Source of the DNA: Candidatus Latescibacterota bacterium
GTDB taxonomy: Bacteria > Krumholzibacteriota > Krumholzibacteriia > WVZY01
NCBI GenBank assembly: GCA_963791045.1
Contig: CAWBQK010000006.1
Location: 320,001 to 384,000 of the forward strand
Length of the DNA: 64,000 bases
Reading direction: 5' to 3'
Shown here in pieces: positions 60,706 to 64,000 of the stretch. Each line of letters opens with the position of its first letter. Position 1 is the first letter of the stretch. The notes under the pieces were generated by a model. The model saw only the letters and a program-made list of their open reading frames with translations. It was not told the DNA's origin and made no database searches. The position numbers and the translations under genes are program-made.

Positions 60706-61548
60706 TTACAGGGCCGCTCCTCGATCGGACGCTTTTCGCGGTTTCGATACCGCAAGGGCCGCGCCGCACGCAAACATGACGGAGAGAATCAGAGATACAA
60801 TAACAAATAAGGTCCGGGGTTTGTCGTACAAGCTTGGTGTCACTGCGTTATTGTATCTGTTTTCTCCCATAAATACCCGGAATAGCCGGGATACGGGCCG
60901 GGGAAGCTTCTCCCAACGAATATTTTTGTAATTATCGAACAGGTATGGATACCCGGGATCTTGGTCGTAAATTTGCGCGAATAACTCATCGTTATCATGG
61001 ATTTCTTTGGCCGTTGCGATTCGGTCGTCATCCGTTCGCCACACAAACGAGGCGTCCGATGGTGAAATGACGAGCCAGCGATCGCCGGAGCGGAACTCGA
61101 TCATCGTATGGCCGCCGCCGCGTCCGTCTTCGTTGTCGAGTAATTGCAATTTCCTCGCCGGAATGTCCAGTTTCCAAAGCGCGTTGAGAAGCGTGCGCGA
61201 CATCGTCCCACACGCCCCGTATGTCGAGTGGCCCTCGACGCCAAACCCACCGTATCGGAGGCAGACCGCCGATGTTACATTGAACGGCGATGTGCTCTCC
61301 CATTGGGAGTATCGATCCATGTCTTGTTTTAACAATGGGTTGCGAGTCTTTTGATAGATTTCTTTTGAGAGTTTGAGGGCGATCTCCTCGTTGCTCTCCG
61401 TGCCCTCATTGGAAAGCGCGGTGTCGATGAGCCGATCGAGGAAACGTTCGCGTTCGCGGATTTTAATCGAGAAAAAGAGAGCGCCGATGAGTGAGACGGT
61501 CAGCCCAACGGCACACACAATGAAGAGTATCGATCGGAATTTACGCAT
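60706..61548 (-). CDS. Membrane protein with transglutaminase-like domain
   Basis: TM helices at both ends; GACGTMS, IPAR, GGHTMIE, W..ISP. Confidence 0.65.
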   Translation of the reverse strand: MRKFRSILFIVCAVGLTVSLIGALFFSIKIRERERFLDRLIDTALSNEGTESNEEIALKLSKEIYQKTRNPLLKQDMDRYSQWESTSPFNVTSAVCLRYGGFGVEGHSTYGACGTMSRTLLNALWKLDIPARKLQLLDNEDGRGGGHTMIEFRSGDRWLVISPSDASFVWRTDDDRIATAKEIHDNDELFAQIYDQDPGYPYLFDNYKNIRWEKLPRPVSRLFRVFMGENRYNNAVTPSLYDKPRTLFVIVSLILSVMFACGAALAVSKPRKASDRGAAL

Positions 61549-61556
61549 CGCCCACT

Positions 61557-62297
61557 TCAGGCCTTTTCCATCTCGAGTCGGAATGTGCTCTTGAGAAAGT
61601 AAGCGGCCGCTGCGTTTCCGAGAAGAAACTTTCCGATTGTTCCGAAACGGTAGAGGGGCTCCCATCGGATTTGCGGATTCTCAAAGCCCGCCTCCTCGAG
61701 AAGTCGCGCCCACACATCGGGATTTTGGTGCTTGAACCATTCGATGGTTGGACAAAACGGATTCTTCAAGCCAATAGTGTCAAAGAAATTGTGCCGGGAA
61801 CAGTCGACCACAATGATCTTCGCCCCTTCGTTTCCCAAACCGCCGATAGCGGTGAGAATTGTTTTGTATGAGTTCCAGGATTCATTTTTGTAGAGAAGCG
61901 TGACACACGCGTCTTCATCCAGGTGGTTTATCGACGCGTGTGAGAATATGATGTCGAACTTTTCGCCGTCGGTTGGGTATTCCTGGATGGTGCGTGGATC
62001 GAGCGTCACATTTGCGTCGGGTAGTTGTGCGCGGATCTTCTCGAAAGTGCTCGTGACGCCGGACATGCTTCCCGCCGCTTCGGGCTCGAGGCAGATGACC
62101 TCGCGCGCCCCCGCACAGGCGGCGTAGAAACTATAAATACCGCTGCCGCCGCCAATGTCGAGTATGCGTTTGTCGGCGATCTCGACCCCGTCGAAAAGGT
62201 CCTCGAGTTGTCTTTGGGCCCAGACTTTCGAAGTTACGAAGCCCATGTCGACAATCGTCGAAAAGTAGTCGTCAACAGATGATGTCAGCGCTGCCAT
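61557..62297 (-). CDS. Class I SAM-dependent methyltransferase
   Basis: ILDIGGGSG, CLEP, FDIIFS..SINHL. Confidence 0.85.
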   Translation of the reverse strand: MAALTSSVDDYFSTIVDMGFVTSKVWAQRQLEDLFDGVEIADKRILDIGGGSGIYSFYAACAGAREVICLEPEAAGSMSGVTSTFEKIRAQLPDANVTLDPRTIQEYPTDGEKFDIIFSHASINHLDEDACVTLLYKNESWNSYKTILTAIGGLGNEGAKIIVVDCSRHNFFDTIGLKNPFCPTIEWFKHQNPDVWARLLEEAGFENPQIRWEPLYRFGTIGKFLLGNAAAAYFLKSTFRLEMEKA

Positions 62298-62371
62298 CGA
62301 TGGTGTCCTCCAGGATTGTCCAGCCTGCCGCCGTCAAACAAGACCGGCTGATTGGATTTGCCGCCATAGTA

Positions 62372-64000
62372 TCACAACTCAAGGCTACCCGCGTCCTCAT
62401 TCATCATCCGGTGCATCCGGCAGATGATGAACGCTCGGAACGCGAGGACATTTGCGTCGAGGGTCGGCTTCTTGAAGCGATCGCGATACAGCCCCCGTGG
62501 ACGCCGGGTGATCGCGCCAAGTGTTTCGCGAATCCGCGTGGGCAGAAGATACTTCGGGTGTGTTTCCGGCCGGCTCGGCCCACCCGATTTTTGAATTTGT
62601 GTGTTGTTTTCGAGGAATCCCAAAAGGCTCGAAGGGAGCAATCCGCCGCCCTCCGTGGCGCCAATCTCACGCTTCATCAATTTGACGAGTTCAGGTGACC
62701 GGAAAATATTCGTCGGTGTGTCTATCGCCGAGCGGACGGCGTAAGGGATGTCCGGCCCCATACGCGTTGCGACGTCCATAAACGGTTTGCGCCCGAGACG
62801 AAGCGAGTCGGGGATCGTGCGGACATAATCGACGATCCCTCGTGACAGAAACGGGTTTATGAGTTCAACGTACGAGCACTTGAGATCGTTCAGGGCGGCC
62901 ATGACATAAGGCATCCTGAAATTGTAATAGAGGCGGTCCCGCCATCTTAATAGAGGCTCGCCTTCGCGTTTTAAGAGGTGTGCGGGGAGTTCCTGTTGGG
63001 GGAGATCGTCGACAACCCCGGGCGGAAGATTGGCGTAATCGGAGAGGAGCAGACAATTGACATACCGTCTGACACCAAAATCCGTATAAGCGGGCATCCG
63101 CATCCCGAAGCACTCGTCGCCTCTGATCACGCCGTCCGCGCCGCTTTCAAAAATGTCTTTCCATATTTTGAATCCATCCATGTATCCCGCCACCGCGTCC
63201 ACGCGCCCCTCGCCCGCCACAAAATATCTGTCAAAAAGTGTGTCGATGGGTTCGTTCGACATGTCGGTCTCAAAAAAACGGTGGTTGAGCCCGAGGTGTG
63301 CGGCGAGTTGAGAGGCGATGTAAGCGTCGTTACCCTTGTCTTCGAGCGCGGTTCTTAGTCCCCACGTCACGCATCTTAGCCCATCCCTGTTCTTGAGCCA
63401 CATCAAGATCGCCCGGCTGTCGACGCCGCCCGAAAGCGGGAGAACCCACCGGGCCGTGTCGATGTCGAGCGCGTCGAATGTGTGCGTAATCGCCTCGCCG
63501 AGCCCTTCCGCGTGGTCTTTCCTCGCGCGCCGGACCGGTTCTATTTCGTTGCTCGTTTGATGCGTGTCGAGCCGCCAGCTTCGGCGATCGAGGACGATCC
63601 GCGAACTCGAACGCATCACCGAAATCCGGCGGTCCCATGAATTGTCCGGCCCGAGCTGTCCGCTCGAGAGCATCCAGGGATACGCGGCGGGGTTGGGTTC
63701 GAACGAACCGAGAAATGCCACGATGGCCCGTTGGGATGTGGACGCGAGGAAGAGTTCGTCCGTTTTAGCGTACCAGACGGTTCGCGAGCCCACGGGGTCG
63801 TTAATGATTTCAATAGAGTCATCGCCACACCGGACGAGCGCATACGTCCCGTCGGGAACCGGCGCTCCTGGACGCCACCAATCCGTACCCGGATCGATCA
63901 AGATTCCGAGGCAGACACTGGCGCCGTGGCGTGGAATCGACGCCGTTGGGTTGAGTAGGACGGTCGTGACACCCGTCTCATTCGCCGTCGCGGGGGCGGG
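62372..64000 (-). CDS. Asparagine synthase-related protein, 5'-truncated by window edge
   Basis: DPVGSRTVWY, LPLSGGVDSR PP-loop, IRGD, NPFL; frame open to window end. Confidence 0.8.
   Translation of the reverse strand, partial: PAPATANETGVTTVLLNPTASIPRHGASVCLGILIDPGTDWWRPGAPVPDGTYALVRCGDDSIEIINDPVGSRTVWYAKTDELFLASTSQRAIVAFLGSFEPNPAAYPWMLSSGQLGPDNSWDRRISVMRSSSRIVLDRRSWRLDTHQTSNEIEPVRRARKDHAEGLGEAITHTFDALDIDTARWVLPLSGGVDSRAILMWLKNRDGLRCVTWGLRTALEDKGNDAYIASQLAAHLGLNHRFFETDMSNEPIDTLFDRYFVAGEGRVDAVAGYMDGFKIWKDIFESGADGVIRGDECFGMRMPAYTDFGVRRYVNCLLLSDYANLPPGVVDDLPQQELPAHLLKREGEPLLRWRDRLYYNFRMPYVMAALNDLKCSYVELINPFLSRGIVDYVRTIPDSLRLGRKPFMDVATRMGPDIPYAVRSAIDTPTNIFRSPELVKLMKREIGATEGGGLLPSSLLGFLENNTQIQKSGGPSRPETHPKYLLPTRIRETLGAITRRPRGLYRDRFKKPTLDANVLAFRAFIICRMHRMMNEDAGSLEL

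Noticed and set aside
1-64000. CRISPR arrays, rRNA, tRNA, transposases, prophage genes
   Set aside because: None recognised; intergenic gaps are short and show no regular repeat-spacer pattern

Overview
A GC-rich, gene-dense bacterial window. C-terminal FlgD-Ig/T9SS-type sorting domains, PorX next to tsaE and Bacteroidota-type OstA/LptD point to an FCB-superphylum lineage (inference). In order it holds: a sugar-nucleotide/surface-polysaccharide cluster (1.8-10.4 kb); a housekeeping run (HemC-like, serS, histidine kinase, porX, tsaE-tsaB-rimI, PNP, accD-folC, ROK kinase, OstA-LptD fusion, HU); an exported-protein operon; two small Zn-finger genes; signalling genes; an ABC pair followed by NTase-like, tusA and selD; M23 and M14 peptidases; an MrfB/MrfA repair pair; a lipoprotein-SLOG-macrodomain trio; and a second glycan-modification cluster. 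Main observations: (1) two selenoprotein genes that the ORF track splits at in-frame TGA codons, SelD (CAGU) and an exported UshA-like CxU protein fused to a tetraheme cytochrome c, each with a SECIS-like hairpin carrying GGUCUG; (2) tandem NrdR-like boxes 31 bp apart over the promoter of two uncharacterised Zn-finger genes rather than ribonucleotide reductase; (3) three intact apparent pseudoenzymes (HemC, nucleotidyltransferase, hybrid kinase); (4) a 117-bp inverted-repeat element between tusA and selD. About a dozen frameshifts, all single-base insertions, look like sequencing errors rather than pseudogenes. All family assignments are by eye; no database search was run.
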